From assembly GCA_027306525.1 (NCBI GenBank), contig DAHUZM010000079.1, forward strand, positions 244 to 64,243: 64,000 bases of DNA, written 5' to 3'. A program made the position numbers and the translations under genes. The stretch comes from Acidimicrobiaceae bacterium. Its GTDB lineage: Bacteria > Actinomycetota > Acidimicrobiia > Acidimicrobiales > RAAP-2. Below the pieces are notes generated by a model, which was not told where the DNA came from, did not search any database, and saw only the letters and a list, made by a program, of their open reading frames with translations. Shown piece after piece: positions 1 to 10,849 of the stretch; within the stretch, counting starts at the first letter, position 1; every line of letters starts with the position of its first letter.

Positions 1-309
1 GGGGTAACGGGAGGGGCCGATTGCCGAGAAGAGCTGCTCGATTGCCCCGTTGGAGGTGGTCAGATTGGTGGCGATCGACGAACGGATGACCTGGATCAGG
101 TCCTCGTCACGCTGGAGGTACGCAGAGAGTGTCGCCGCGACGCTATTCGTCGTCTCCTCGAGGCGCTGCTTCTGCTGGCCGTTCGCATACCCCTCCCAGC
201 GGAACGCGCCGACACAGGAGGCCGCAATACCGATGACGAGCACGATCCATGCTGCGGTCGAGCCCCGCCAGACCCGGTGCCGCCCCTTCGCGTCGAGCGC
301 CGTTGGCAT
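1..309 (-). CDS. partial CDS (N-terminus only, continues beyond left edge): membrane-anchored protein, possibly a sensor with an extracytoplasmic domain
   Basis: Own translation of the minus strand from ATG at 309: MPTALDAKGRHRVWRGSTAAWIVLVIGIAASCVGAFRWEGYANGQQKQRLEETTNSVAATLSAYLQRDEDLIQVIRSSIATNL... It is open for 103 codons to position 1, has GC-rich third positions and one N-terminal TM helix. It is absent from the ORF track because it has no stop inside the window. Confidence 0.4.
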   Translation of the reverse strand, partial: MPTALDAKGRHRVWRGSTAAWIVLVIGIAASCVGAFRWEGYANGQQKQRLEETTNSVAATLSAYLQRDEDLIQVIRSSIATNLTTSNGAIEQLFSAIGPSRYP

Positions 310-483
310 GCTCCTCGTGTCGAGGCGCGACCCGCCAAGCAGTGTCCGATCTCTGGGTGGCCTTCGGCGAGGGAGAGGTGCAGATGGCGTGGGACGATGT
401 TACGGGCGTGACCAGCAAAATCGTGGGAATTGGGCATCCTCGAGTGGGTGTTCATCGGGGGTTTGCGCGCCTACCATTCGGCC

Positions 484-1944
484 ATGGGCCATGACGATGG
501 GGACGGGATCGGGCCGGTCGCTCCTGGCGGCCCGAGCCACGGACCGAGCTTTTCAAGACGGAACCTGCTGAAGGGTGTCGCCATCGCCGGGGTCGGACTC
601 GGTGTCGGTGCGGGCGTGCCGGGCACTGCCGGTGCCGCCAAGTCCAAGTTCCCGATCGGGGCATCGGCCAAGAAGTCGACGCCCACCCAGATCACACTGT
701 GGCACTCGATGACCGAGAACAACCTCACGACGCTGCAGAAGATCACCAACGCGTTCAACTCGTCCCAGCCGCACGTGAAGGTCAACCTGCTCAACCAGAA
801 CAGCTATACCGATACCCAGACCGCGTACACGACGGCGCTCTCTGGCGGGCAGTCGAAGCTGCCCGACCTCGTGCAGTGGGAGAGCGAGCTGATCCAGCTG
901 TTAATCGACAGCCAGAGCGTCGTCCCGGTCTCCCAGGCGATCGCCGCCGATCACTACTCACTATCGGACTTCGTGCCCTCGATGCTCAACTTCTTCAGAG
1001 TCCGAGGGACCCTCTGGGCGCTGCCGTTCAACATCTCGAGCCAGGTGCTCTACTACGACGAGAACGCGCTCACAAAGGCCGGCCTCGATCCGTCGAATCC
1101 TCCCGCCACGTTGACCGCGCTGAAGAAGGCGTGTCAGAAGATCGTCTCGACAGCCACGGCCAAGTACGGGATGAGCCTGAAGCTCGACCAGACGAACTTC
1201 GAGCAATGGATGGCGCTCGGGGGTCAGACGCTTGTGAACAAGAACAATGGGCGCAGCGGACGGGCAACGAAGGTGACCTTCGACAATGCACTCGGCAAGT
1301 ACCTCGTCCAGTGGTGGGCAACCATGTTGAAGGGGAACCTTGCCCAGGCGACCGCCGCCAGCGGGACGGGCGGATACGACAACCTGCTCGCGATCGGCTC
1401 CGGCATCGCGCCGATCACCATCGACACCTCGGCCGCCCTCGGGACGATCCTGACGGTGCTCCAGTCTGGGCAGTACCCCAACGTGAAGCTCGGCGTCGGC
1501 CGGTTGCCCGTGCCTGGCTCCAAGCCGAACAAGCACGGCGGGGTCTATGTCGGGGGGGCGGGCATGTACATCGTGAAGAAGTCGACGCCGGCCACCATGG
1601 ATGCCGCGTGGCAGTTCTTGAAGTACCTCGTGGCACCGACCCAGCAGGCAACCTGGGCGCTCGGCACGGGGTATGTGCCCGTGCGTAAGTCGGCCATCCG
1701 GATACCGGCGCTCGCCCAGGCGTGGGCTTCGGTGCCCCAGTACAAGGTGGCCTACGACCAGATCCTTGCCAGTCCCGTCAACGCGGCGACCGCCGGCTAC
1801 GTGACCGGGGCGGCCAGCCAGGTCGACACGGACCTCCAGGACGCGCTGACTGCGATCTCGAACGGGACGCCACCGAATCGGGCGCTCGCTCAGGCTGCGG
1901 CCAGTGCGAACAGCGCGATCCAGTCCTACAACGAACGCGTCTAA
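484..1944 (+). CDS. ABC transporter extracellular solute-binding protein (carbohydrate/family 1 type) with Tat-like signal
   Basis: ORF 430..1944. Twin-arginine signal SRRNLLKGVAIAGVGLGVGAG, then typical SBP sequence (ITLWHSM..., LPDLVQWE...). Followed by two permease genes. Start at ATG 484 is chosen; 430 is possible. Confidence 0.85.
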   Translation: MGHDDGDGIGPVAPGGPSHGPSFSRRNLLKGVAIAGVGLGVGAGVPGTAGAAKSKFPIGASAKKSTPTQITLWHSMTENNLTTLQKITNAFNSSQPHVKVNLLNQNSYTDTQTAYTTALSGGQSKLPDLVQWESELIQLLIDSQSVVPVSQAIAADHYSLSDFVPSMLNFFRVRGTLWALPFNISSQVLYYDENALTKAGLDPSNPPATLTALKKACQKIVSTATAKYGMSLKLDQTNFEQWMALGGQTLVNKNNGRSGRATKVTFDNALGKYLVQWWATMLKGNLAQATAASGTGGYDNLLAIGSGIAPITIDTSAALGTILTVLQSGQYPNVKLGVGRLPVPGSKPNKHGGVYVGGAGMYIVKKSTPATMDAAWQFLKYLVAPTQQATWALGTGYVPVRKSAIRIPALAQAWASVPQYKVAYDQILASPVNAATAGYVTGAASQVDTDLQDALTAISNGTPPNRALAQAAASANSAIQSYNERV

Positions 1945-1977
1945 CGGGCTCGGTAAGGCCCTCGGGGGACACAGCGG

Positions 1978-2871
1978 GTGCATCCGCGACTTGGTCGCAG
2001 AGTGCGGGAGGCGTCGCTCGGCTATCTCATGATCCTGCCGGCGGTGGCCGCGTTCGGGATCTTCTCGTTCTACCCCCTGGTGAAGACGGCCTATCTCGGG
2101 TTCTTCCTCGCCCCGCCGACGCCGAACCTGCCATCCAAGTACGTCGGGTTCCAGCAGTACTCGAGCGTCCTCGGCTCCTCGCAGTTCGCCGACGACGTCG
2201 GGCGCACGGCGCTGTTCGTAGCCTTCACCGTCCCCCTCGGCATCATCCTCGGGCTCGCACTGGCAAATCTTGCCCAGAAGCACATACGCGGCATCCGGCT
2301 CTTCCGGACGATCTTTTCCTCCACCGTCGCGACCTCGGTCGCGGTTGCCTCGACCATCTTCTTCACCCTGCTCAACCCCCAGATCGGGCTGCTCAGCTAT
2401 GCCTTCGGCAAGGAGGGGGGCAACGGCATCTTGAACAACCCGCACTGGGCGCTTCCCGCCGTCGCTCTCGTCACGATCTGGCAGAACCTCGGCTTCACGT
2501 TCATCCTCATGTCGGCGGCGTTGCAGTCATTGCCTCAAGACGTGCTCGAGGCATCGATGGTCGACGGAGCGTCTTCGTTCACGCGCCTGCGGCAGATCAC
2601 TCTGCCCTTGCTCTCGCCGATCTTGTTCTTCGCCGTGGTGATCGGCGTGATCTCGGGATTTCAGGCTTTCGGACAGATCGATCTGCTGACCCAAGGTGGG
2701 CCGAACCATGCGTCGCTGGTGTTGATCTACGACATCTACCAGCAGGCCTTCCAGTTCAATAACCCCGGCTACGCCGCCGTGCTCTCGATCGCGCTCTTCT
2801 TCATGTTGATGATCCTGACCTTCGTGCAGTTCTGGTTCTTCCAGCGGCGCGTGAGCTATGCCAACGGCTGA
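1978..2871 (+). CDS. ABC transporter permease (MalF/UgpA-like, sugar type)
   Basis: 297 aa, about 6 TM segments. Binding-protein-dependent transport signature region (EASMVDGASSFTRLRQITLPLLSP). Operon position after the SBP. Confidence 0.85.
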   Translation: MHPRLGRRVREASLGYLMILPAVAAFGIFSFYPLVKTAYLGFFLAPPTPNLPSKYVGFQQYSSVLGSSQFADDVGRTALFVAFTVPLGIILGLALANLAQKHIRGIRLFRTIFSSTVATSVAVASTIFFTLLNPQIGLLSYAFGKEGGNGILNNPHWALPAVALVTIWQNLGFTFILMSAALQSLPQDVLEASMVDGASSFTRLRQITLPLLSPILFFAVVIGVISGFQAFGQIDLLTQGGPNHASLVLIYDIYQQAFQFNNPGYAAVLSIALFFMLMILTFVQFWFFQRRVSYANG

Positions 2872-3703
2872 CCACGCCCGTCGGCGCCGCATCTGGCGAA
2901 AGACCATCCGTTACGCGGTGTTGATCGTGGCGGCCGCGGTCGTGCTGTTCCCCGTCTACATCACGGTGGTTGACGCGCTGTTGTCGCCACAGCAGATCAC
3001 CCATCGCCCACCGTTCCTCTATCCCCCGAGCCCGCACTGGAGCTCGTTCGCGACGGCGTTCAGTCAGGGCAACCTCGGCGTGTACTTGCGCAACAGCGCG
3101 ATCATGACGCTTGCCATCGTCGCGTTCGAACTGGTCACCTCGGTGCTCGCGGCGTACGCGTTCGTGTTTCTTCGCTTCCCCGGCCGCAAGGTCCTGTTCT
3201 TCGTCACACTCGCGACACTCATGGTGCCGGGCGAGGCGACGATCATCCCCAACTATCAGACGATCAACACGTTCGGGCTGCTCAATACCTTCCCTGCGCT
3301 CATCTTGCCCTTCGTGGCGAGCGGAATCGGGATCTTCTTGTTTCGACAGGCATTCATGGGCTTCCCCTCCGAGGTCCGAGACGCGGCCAGCCTCGACGGA
3401 TGTGGCCACCTCAAGTTCCTGTTTCGCATCGTCGTGCCGATCAACCGTCCGGTGATCGGGGCCTTCGGGCTCTTCGCCTTCCTTGGGGCCTGGAACCAGT
3501 ACCTGTGGCCGCTCGTGGTCACCCAGTCCAACTCCGTGCGGACGGTGCAGATCGGGTTGCGACAGCTGAGCGGGGTCAGCTTCAGCCAATTCGACGTGCT
3601 CTTTGCGGGCACGGTGATCGCAGCAGCGCCCATCGCCATCTTGCTCGTGCTGTTCCAGCGCCAGCTGGTCGCCGGCCTGACCGCCGGCGCGGTCAAGGGC
3701 TGA
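2858..3703 (+). CDS. ABC transporter permease (MalG/UgpE-like, sugar type)
   Basis: 281 aa. EAA-type loop (DAASLDGCGHLKFLFRIVVPINRP). Overlaps the upstream permease by 14 nt. Confidence 0.85.
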   Translation: MPTADHARRRRIWRKTIRYAVLIVAAAVVLFPVYITVVDALLSPQQITHRPPFLYPPSPHWSSFATAFSQGNLGVYLRNSAIMTLAIVAFELVTSVLAAYAFVFLRFPGRKVLFFVTLATLMVPGEATIIPNYQTINTFGLLNTFPALILPFVASGIGIFLFRQAFMGFPSEVRDAASLDGCGHLKFLFRIVVPINRPVIGAFGLFAFLGAWNQYLWPLVVTQSNSVRTVQIGLRQLSGVSFSQFDVLFAGTVIAAAPIAILLVLFQRQLVAGLTAGAVKG

Positions 3704-3709
3704 ACGACC

Positions 3710-5707
3710 TCAGGGGCGCAGGGCGACGAGCACCTTCACGAACTCGTCGAGGGCGCCGCGGTCGTCGACGGCGCCGGCGGTGAGCGCCTGGGCGGGGTCG
3801 GTGCCGAGCAGGATGCGCCGCGCCGGGACCTCGATCCGCTTGCCGTTGAGCGTCTTTGGTATCCGTCCGACGACGACCACCTCGTCTGGTACGTGCCGGG
3901 GGGAGATCTGGTCGCGGATCGTCCGGCGAAGCTCGTCGGCGAGGTTGTCGGACGCGTCCTCACCGGGCGCGACGAAGAGGAGGAGCCGTCCCTCGGCGCC
4001 GAGCTCGCTCGTGTCGACGACGAGGGAATCGGCCACCCCTGGGACTGCGTCGACCACCCGGTAGAAGTCCGCTGCCCCGCTGCGCACCCCGCCCCGGTTG
4101 AGGGTGGCATCCGAGCGGCCGTAGACGACGTAGCCGCCCTCGGGGGTGAGCTTGATCCAGTCGCCGTGGCGCCATACGCCCGGGTAGGCCGAGAAGTAGC
4201 TCTGGTGCAGCCTCGAGCCGTCCCGATCACCCCAGAAGGCGACGGGCATCGAGGGCATGGGTTGGGAGAGCACGAGCTCGCCCATCTGGGCGACCACCGG
4301 TGTGCCGTCATCCCCGAGGGCCTCGGCCTTCGCGCCGAGCATCGGACACTGGATCTCTCCGGCCCGCACCGCCAGGAGCGGGCAGGACCCGAGAAAGGCG
4401 GTGCAGGCATCGGTGCCACCCGAGATCGACGCGACCAGCACGTCGGACGCGATCCGCTGCGCAGCAAAGGCGAAACCCTCGGGGGAGAGCGGCGCCCCGG
4501 TCGAACCGAGCGTCGCGATCGACGCCAGCTTGTGGTGGTCGGCGGGGAAATACTCCGCTCGGCGCAATGCGTCGAGAAACGGCGCGCTCGTCCCGAAGAA
4601 GGTCACCCCGAGGCGCTCGGCCATGTCCCAGAGCCGGCCCGGGTCGGGCCACATCGGGTGGCCGTCGTAGCAGACGATCGTCGTCCCGATGAGCAGCCCG
4701 CCGACCACGAAGTTCCACATCATCCAGCCCGTCGTCGAGAACCAGAAGAAGATGTCGTCGGGGCCGAGGTCGCAGTGCAGGGTCAGGGCCTTCATGTGCT
4801 CGATCGCGATGCCGCCGTGCGAGTGCACGATCGCCTTCGGGGGACCGGTCGTGCCCGAGGAGTAGAGGATCCACAGCGGATGCTCGAATTCGAGCTCGAC
4901 CGGGCGCAGCTCGGCCGGTTCGGAGACCAGCTCGTCCCAGTCGAGCGTGGCGTGACTCGGTAGAGCCGCGTCGTCCCCAGCCGGGATGGAGACGACCGCC
5001 CCGAGGCCGGGCAGTGCGACGACGAGCGCTCCGAGCTTCTCGTCCATGGAGAAGTCCTTGCCCCCGTAGCGGTAGCCCTTCGCTGCGAGGAGGACCTTGG
5101 GCTCGATCTGGCGGAAGCGGTCGACCATGGCATGCGCCCCGAATTCGGGAGCACAGGCCGACCACACTGCGCCGATGCTCGCTGCGCCGAGGAAGGCGGC
5201 CACGGCGTGCAGCCCGTTGGGCAGGACCGCCGCCACCCGGTCGCCCCGGGTGACGCCGAGGCGCCGGAGCCCAGCGGCCACCGCACCAGCCAGTGCCCGC
5301 AGCTCGCCGTAAGTCACGCGCACCTGCGTGCCCGACTCGTCCTCGGCGATCAGGGCGAGGCGGGAGGAGGGATGCCGGGAGACGACGCTCACGTAGTTGA
5401 GGTGCTGGCCGACGAACCATCGGGCCCCCTCCACGCCGCCGTTGCGCCGGAGCACGTCGGCCGGTCGCACCTCGGGCCCGAGCTCGAAGTACCGCCACAA
5501 TGCGCCCCAGAAGGCGGCGGGGTCCTCCACCGACCAACGCCAGAGGGTCCAGTAGTCCGAAACCTGGGGGCCCGAATGCTCTCCCAGCCACCCGATGAAC
5601 TCCCCGATCCGCGCCGATGCGATCCGTTCGGGCGAGGGCTCCCACAACAGGGTCCCCTCCTCGACCCGGGGGGGTCCGCCAGCTTCGTCAGCTCGCTCAG
5701 CCACCAA
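3710..5707 (-). CDS. acetoacetyl-CoA synthetase (acetoacetate--CoA ligase), AMP-forming acyl-CoA synthetase family
   Basis: 665 aa. N-terminus LLWEPSPERIASARIGEFIGWL...YWTLWRWSVEDPAAFW is typical of acetoacetyl-CoA synthetases. AMP-binding motif YSSGTTGPPKAIVHSHGG. Confidence 0.8.
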   Translation of the reverse strand: MVAERADEAGGPPRVEEGTLLWEPSPERIASARIGEFIGWLGEHSGPQVSDYWTLWRWSVEDPAAFWGALWRYFELGPEVRPADVLRRNGGVEGARWFVGQHLNYVSVVSRHPSSRLALIAEDESGTQVRVTYGELRALAGAVAAGLRRLGVTRGDRVAAVLPNGLHAVAAFLGAASIGAVWSACAPEFGAHAMVDRFRQIEPKVLLAAKGYRYGGKDFSMDEKLGALVVALPGLGAVVSIPAGDDAALPSHATLDWDELVSEPAELRPVELEFEHPLWILYSSGTTGPPKAIVHSHGGIAIEHMKALTLHCDLGPDDIFFWFSTTGWMMWNFVVGGLLIGTTIVCYDGHPMWPDPGRLWDMAERLGVTFFGTSAPFLDALRRAEYFPADHHKLASIATLGSTGAPLSPEGFAFAAQRIASDVLVASISGGTDACTAFLGSCPLLAVRAGEIQCPMLGAKAEALGDDGTPVVAQMGELVLSQPMPSMPVAFWGDRDGSRLHQSYFSAYPGVWRHGDWIKLTPEGGYVVYGRSDATLNRGGVRSGAADFYRVVDAVPGVADSLVVDTSELGAEGRLLLFVAPGEDASDNLADELRRTIRDQISPRHVPDEVVVVGRIPKTLNGKRIEVPARRILLGTDPAQALTAGAVDDRGALDEFVKVLVALRP

Positions 5708-6020
5708 TTCGCTCCTCTGTCGCCGATCCGGCGACCGAATCTATTGTTCAAGGCGGCCGCCGGGAACAAGGGGCGGGCCGGCGGCGTTGGACCCGGTGTC
5801 GCCGCTTCGAGATGTTGTTGTCGGCTTCGGCGGACGGCTACACTCGGGTGCATACCACCCGCGCCTCGGAGCGCTTGCCAGGATCCCCGTTCGCGGTTCG
5901 GGCACGGCTCCGGTGCCAGTGGCGAGGGGGTCCGTCCCCGTGTCGTGGGATCAACCCCACCCCCCTGTTTTCCCCGCATCGGGCTGATGAGACCCTGCGG
6001 TATCAAAGATGAGGAGGCCG

Positions 6021-7724
6021 ATGACTGCCGAACAGCAGCTCGAACGGTCCGTGCTCGAATCCAAGGAGCGTGAAGAGCTCCACGCCATCGCACAGGCGAT
6101 GGACCTGAAGACCACCACCCGGTCAAAGAAGGCGGATCTGATCGACAAGATCCTCTCGGCGACCGGCGTCCCCAACGGCTCGGACGGCGATCACGCCGGG
6201 GCCTCGAGCAATGGGGCCTCGAGCAACGGGGCTTCGAGCAACGGGGCTTCGAGCAACGAGGACGATGGCGCCACCAAGGTCAAGACCCGAGCCCCCTCCC
6301 GGCGCTCCAACGGCGCTGCCGCTTCCTCGATGGAGGAGATCGAGGCCGAGCTCGACGCAAGCGTGTCGAACGGAGCGGCTCCCGAAGCACGCCCGGACGA
6401 GGACCGCGGCGGCCCGGCCGCCCGGACCGCCCAGCCCCAGCGACAGGGCAACCGGCCGAGCCACGGCGGCCCCCAGGGGGTCGAGCCCGGCAATCGCCGC
6501 AACAGCCGGCGCAGGCGGGGCCGTGAGCCTCGCGGTGAGCGTGAATTCCAGGGGGGTCCCAACCAGGACGCCCCCTACACGGGCGAGCTCGTCGAGGTGC
6601 GTGGGCTGCTCGACCTCCGCGATGAGGGCTACGGGTTCCTCCGTTGCGACGGCTACCTGGCGTCGTCCAAGGACGTGTATGTCTCGATCAGCCAGGCTCG
6701 TCGGTTCGCGCTGCGCAAGGGTGACTACGTCGAGGGTGCCTGCCGGCCGGCCACGAACAACGAGCGGTTCCCAGCGCTGCTGCGGATCGATACGGTGTCG
6801 GGGCTCGACCCCGAGGAGGCCCGCAATCGTCCGCGGTTTGAGGATCTGACCCCGCTCTTCCCCGACGAGAAGCTCATCCTCGAGGAGCCCGGCGACAAGG
6901 ACAACCTCACGGCGCGCATCGTCGATCTGCTCTCGCCGATCGGCAAGGGCCAGCGCGGCTTGATCGTCTCGCCGCCCAAGGCCGGCAAGACGACGGTGAT
7001 GAAGCAGATCGCCCATTCGATCGAGGCCAACAACCCCGAGGTGCATCTCATGGTGCTCCTGGTCGACGAGCGACCCGAGGAAGTCACCGACATGCGCCGC
7101 TCGGTCAAGGGCGAGGTGATCGCCTCGACCTTCGACCGTCCCTCCGACGAGCACACCACCGTGTCCGAGCTCTCCATCGAACGGGCCAAGCGCCTCGTCG
7201 AGATGGGCAAGGACGTCGTGATCATCCTCGACGGCATCACCAGGCTCGCCCGCGCGTCCAACCTGGCACAGCCGGCCACCGGTCGGATCATGTCCGGTGG
7301 TGTCGACTCCGGCGCCCTGTATCCGCCGAAGAAGTTCTTCGGCGCCGCCCGCAACATCGAAGAGGGTGGCTCGCTCACGATCCTGGCGACGGCCCTCGTG
7401 GAGACCGGCTCCAAGATGGACGAGGTCATCTTCGAGGAGTTCAAGGGGACCGGGAACATGGAGCTTCGCCTCGACCGGCGCCTCGCCGAGCGTCGCCTGT
7501 ACCCCTCGATCGAGGTCAACGCGAGCTCGACCCGGCACGAAGAGCTGCTCTTCGAGCGGGGTGAGTTGCAGCAGGTTTGGAAGCTGCGCCGGGTTCTGAA
7601 CGCCCTCGCGGCGGACGGCAACGCCGCCCCGGGCCTCGAGCTGCTCATGGACAAGATCCGCACCACCAGGTCCAACAGGGAGTTTCTGGCCGAGATCGCC
7701 AAGGGCCCCACTCCCAACGGTTGA
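6021..7724 (+). CDS. rho: transcription termination factor Rho with actinobacterial-type N-terminal low-complexity insertion
   Basis: Rho N-terminal helix bundle (ELHAIAQAMDLKTTTRSKKADLIDKIL). R/G/N/S-rich insertion. CSD-like RNA-binding region (GLLDLRDEGYGFLR). Walker A (SPPKAGKTT) and the C-terminal ATPase. GAGGAGG RBS sits just upstream of ATG 6021; the ORF track starts at 6009. Confidence 0.95.
   Translation: MTAEQQLERSVLESKEREELHAIAQAMDLKTTTRSKKADLIDKILSATGVPNGSDGDHAGASSNGASSNGASSNGASSNEDDGATKVKTRAPSRRSNGAAASSMEEIEAELDASVSNGAAPEARPDEDRGGPAARTAQPQRQGNRPSHGGPQGVEPGNRRNSRRRRGREPRGEREFQGGPNQDAPYTGELVEVRGLLDLRDEGYGFLRCDGYLASSKDVYVSISQARRFALRKGDYVEGACRPATNNERFPALLRIDTVSGLDPEEARNRPRFEDLTPLFPDEKLILEEPGDKDNLTARIVDLLSPIGKGQRGLIVSPPKAGKTTVMKQIAHSIEANNPEVHLMVLLVDERPEEVTDMRRSVKGEVIASTFDRPSDEHTTVSELSIERAKRLVEMGKDVVIILDGITRLARASNLAQPATGRIMSGGVDSGALYPPKKFFGAARNIEEGGSLTILATALVETGSKMDEVIFEEFKGTGNMELRLDRRLAERRLYPSIEVNASSTRHEELLFERGELQQVWKLRRVLNALAADGNAAPGLELLMDKIRTTRSNREFLAEIAKGPTPNG
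6198..6257 (+). repeat. 4 x 15-bp in-frame tandem repeat inside rho (encodes GASSN x4)
   Basis: ggggcctcgagcaat / ggggcctcgagcaac / ggggcttcgagcaac / ggggcttcgagcaac, read directly. Coordinates verified by codon arithmetic from the ORF start. Confidence 0.95.
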
Positions 7725-7810
7725 GGGAATAGAAGCGAACGTCGCGGCCTTGCACGGACCGCACGCGACCCCGACATCGGGTCGCAAAGAACGAGAGAGA
7801 CGGAGGCGAC

Positions 7811-8044
7811 ATGAAGGCCGAGATTCACCCCGCATACGGAGAGGCGACGGTGCGCTGCTCGTGTGGCAACACGTTCGTGACCCGATCGACCAAGTCCGAT
7901 CTGCACGTCGAGCTCTGCAGCGAATGCCATCCGTTCTTCACCGGCAAGCAGAAGCTCGTGGACTCCGGTGGCCGGGTCGAGCGGTTCCAGCGGCGCTACG
8001 GGCAGCGCAAGGGGGCAGCACGCCCTCGCAGCCCAAAGGCGTAG
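7811..8044 (+). CDS. rpmE: 50S ribosomal protein L31 (zinc-ribbon type)
   Basis: [22 protein letters not shown]...[14 protein letters not shown]. Both CxxC pairs are present. Confidence 0.95.
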   Translation: MKAEIHPAYGEATVRCSCGNTFVTRSTKSDLHVELCSECHPFFTGKQKLVDSGGRVERFQRRYGQRKGAARPRSPKA

Positions 8045-8108
8045 ACCACCGAACCCCCACGTACCGGGCCCTAACCTGAGCCCGGTGCCCGAGCCTCTCG
8101 AAGCTCGC

Positions 8109-9159
<1,051 letters not shown>

Positions 9160-9173
<14 letters not shown>

Positions 9174-10056
9174 TCCCCTGGCAGTGGGGGTCCCAAGAGA
9201 CGACAGGCGAGCGCTCGAGCGTTCGCTTGCGGCCTCGCTCGGCTCTGCGCGCGAGGCCCGCTGGATCCTCGACGATGCCTTCGAGTCCGCCGGACGCGTC
9301 GCGGAGCGCGAGGCGGCGGCGAGCGCCCGTCGGCTGGCCAGGCGACGCGCCGCAGGCGAGCCCCTGCAGTACGTGCTCGGCCACTGGCCCTTCCGGGACC
9401 TCGATCTTCTCGTCGACGAGCGAGCCTTCATCCCACGGCCCGAGACCGAGTGGGTCACCGACGTCGCCCTGGCCGAGCTCGATCGGCTCCTCGCGCTCGG
9501 AGCGCCCCCAACGGTGGTCGACCTCGGGACGGGCACCGGCGCGATCGCACTCGCCATCGCGGTGGAGCGGGGTGCCCGGAACGTGGAGGTGATCGCCACT
9601 GATCGCGACCCCGCGGCGCTCGAGCTGGCGGCGGCCAACCGCGAACGTGTCGCAGGTCGCCATGGGGACATCGGCGTTGTGCAGTTCCGCATCGGCTCGT
9701 GGTGGGAGGCGCTCGCGGCGGGCGAGATCGGCCGCATCTCGCTTGCGGTGTCGAATCCGCCCTACGTGGACCAGGGCGAGTGGGCCGGGCTCGACCCCGT
9801 CGTGCGCGATCACGAGCCGCACGACGCCCTCGTGTCGCCGCCCGGCAGCGATGGCACGCCCGGGTTCGGGGCGATCGAGGCGGTCCTGAGCGGTGCCGTC
9901 GGCCGGCTGGCGCGCCCGGGCGCGCTCGTGATCGAGCTTGCGCCGGCCCAGGCGGAGGCGGCGCTTAGCACAGCGCTCGGGTCGGGGTCGATCGAGGCGA
10001 CCGTCTTGGATGACCTGACCGGGCGGCCCCGCGCGCTCGTGGCTCGCTTCGAGTGA
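9160..10056 (+). CDS. prmC: release factor glutamine N5-methyltransferase (HemK/PrmC)
   Basis: SAM-binding [14 protein letters not shown] and catalytic NPPY (SNPPYV). Overlaps the prfA stop. Conserved order prfA-prmC. Confidence 0.85.
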
Positions 10057-10664
10057 CGCCGTCACCGCTCGTGGTCGGGGTCGACGAGCTCGACCGGGTC
10101 GTCGACGCGCTGCGTGCCGGCTCGGTGGTGGCGATCCCGACGGACACCGTCTACGGGCTGGCCGCGGCATTGGAGCCGGGCCCGATCGCGGCGGTCTTCG
10201 AGGCGAAGGGCCGGCCGGGCGATCTCGCCCTGCCGGTGCTCGTCGGCGGGCGCCCCCAGCTTGCGCAGGTGGTGGCGTCCTTTCCTGCGGCGGCGGGCCG
10301 TCTCGCCGATCGGTTCTGGCCCGGGCCGCTCACCATCGTCGTCGCGGCCAAGAAGAAGGTCGGGCGACTGCTCGGGGGCGACGGGCGGACGGTCGGGGTC
10401 CGTTGGCCGGACCACCCCTTTGTCGAGGAGCTCTGCCTCGCGACGGGACCGCTGGCCGTCACCAGCGCGAACGCGCACGGCGAGCCCCCGTGCTCGACCG
10501 CCAGCGCGGTGGGTGAGCGCTTCGACGCGGCCTCGGTGGCGCTCGTCGTGGACGGCCACGGCGGCGCTGGCACGCCGTCGACGGTCGTGGACTGCACGCG
10601 TGCTCCACGGTGTCTGCGCGAGGGCGCCCTCGAGTGGGCGCTGGTCGAGTCCGCGCTCGGCTGA
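10053..10664 (+). CDS. YrdC/Sua5-domain protein (L-threonylcarbamoyladenylate synthase TsaC-like)
   Basis: 203 aa, VVAIPTDTVYGLAA...KGRP...LPVLV...GPLTIV motifs. Start overlaps the prmC stop. Same position as the Sua5/YrdC homolog in the mycobacterial rho-atp region. Confidence 0.8.
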   Translation: MTPSPLVVGVDELDRVVDALRAGSVVAIPTDTVYGLAAALEPGPIAAVFEAKGRPGDLALPVLVGGRPQLAQVVASFPAAAGRLADRFWPGPLTIVVAAKKKVGRLLGGDGRTVGVRWPDHPFVEELCLATGPLAVTSANAHGEPPCSTASAVGERFDAASVALVVDGHGGAGTPSTVVDCTRAPRCLREGALEWALVESALG

Positions 10665-10845
10665 TCTCGGCTCCCCGGGCGTCGGAGGCGCAGACGCGGC
10701 CCACGGCGTCGAACGCTCTCGTTGCGACAGGCTCTCGGGCGGTTACTCGGCGATCCTCATCGACCCCGACGGGCGCCCCTCGGAGGTGGCGCACAATCCG
10801 GCGCGGCGCATCGAGAAGGATGGCTCGATCCGCCTCGAAGGCTGA
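10665..10845 (+). pseudogene. probable remnant of a VOC/glyoxalase-family gene (C-terminal about 35 aa only)
   Basis: The reading frame ending at 10845 encodes ...GGYSAILIDPDGRPSEVAHNPARRIEKDGSIRLEG. This resembles the conserved C-terminus of VOC proteins (GGYSGYFxDPDGHxWEVAxNP...DGSxRL). No matching N-terminal part is present. Confidence 0.35.
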
Positions 10846-10849
10846 GCGC

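Noticed and set aside
5708-6020. Several ORFs of 130-313 aa overlapping the acetoacetyl-CoA synthetase/rho intergenic region (for example 5132..6073, 5595..5987, 5617..6012).
   Set aside because: They have Arg/Pro/Gly-rich compositions, mutually overlapping frames and no motifs. The region is better explained as the long rho leader.
7968-8108. Upstream extensions offered by the ORF track for prfA (7968), glyA (12295), cysD (36195), cysH (35831), glpX (24962), murA (24538), meaB (25503), mak (28639) and the ABC ATPase (39441).
   Set aside because: Each extension overlaps a well-supported neighbouring gene or lacks similarity to the family N-terminus. Internal ATG/GTG/TTG starts consistent with family alignments and with stop-start coupling were chosen instead.
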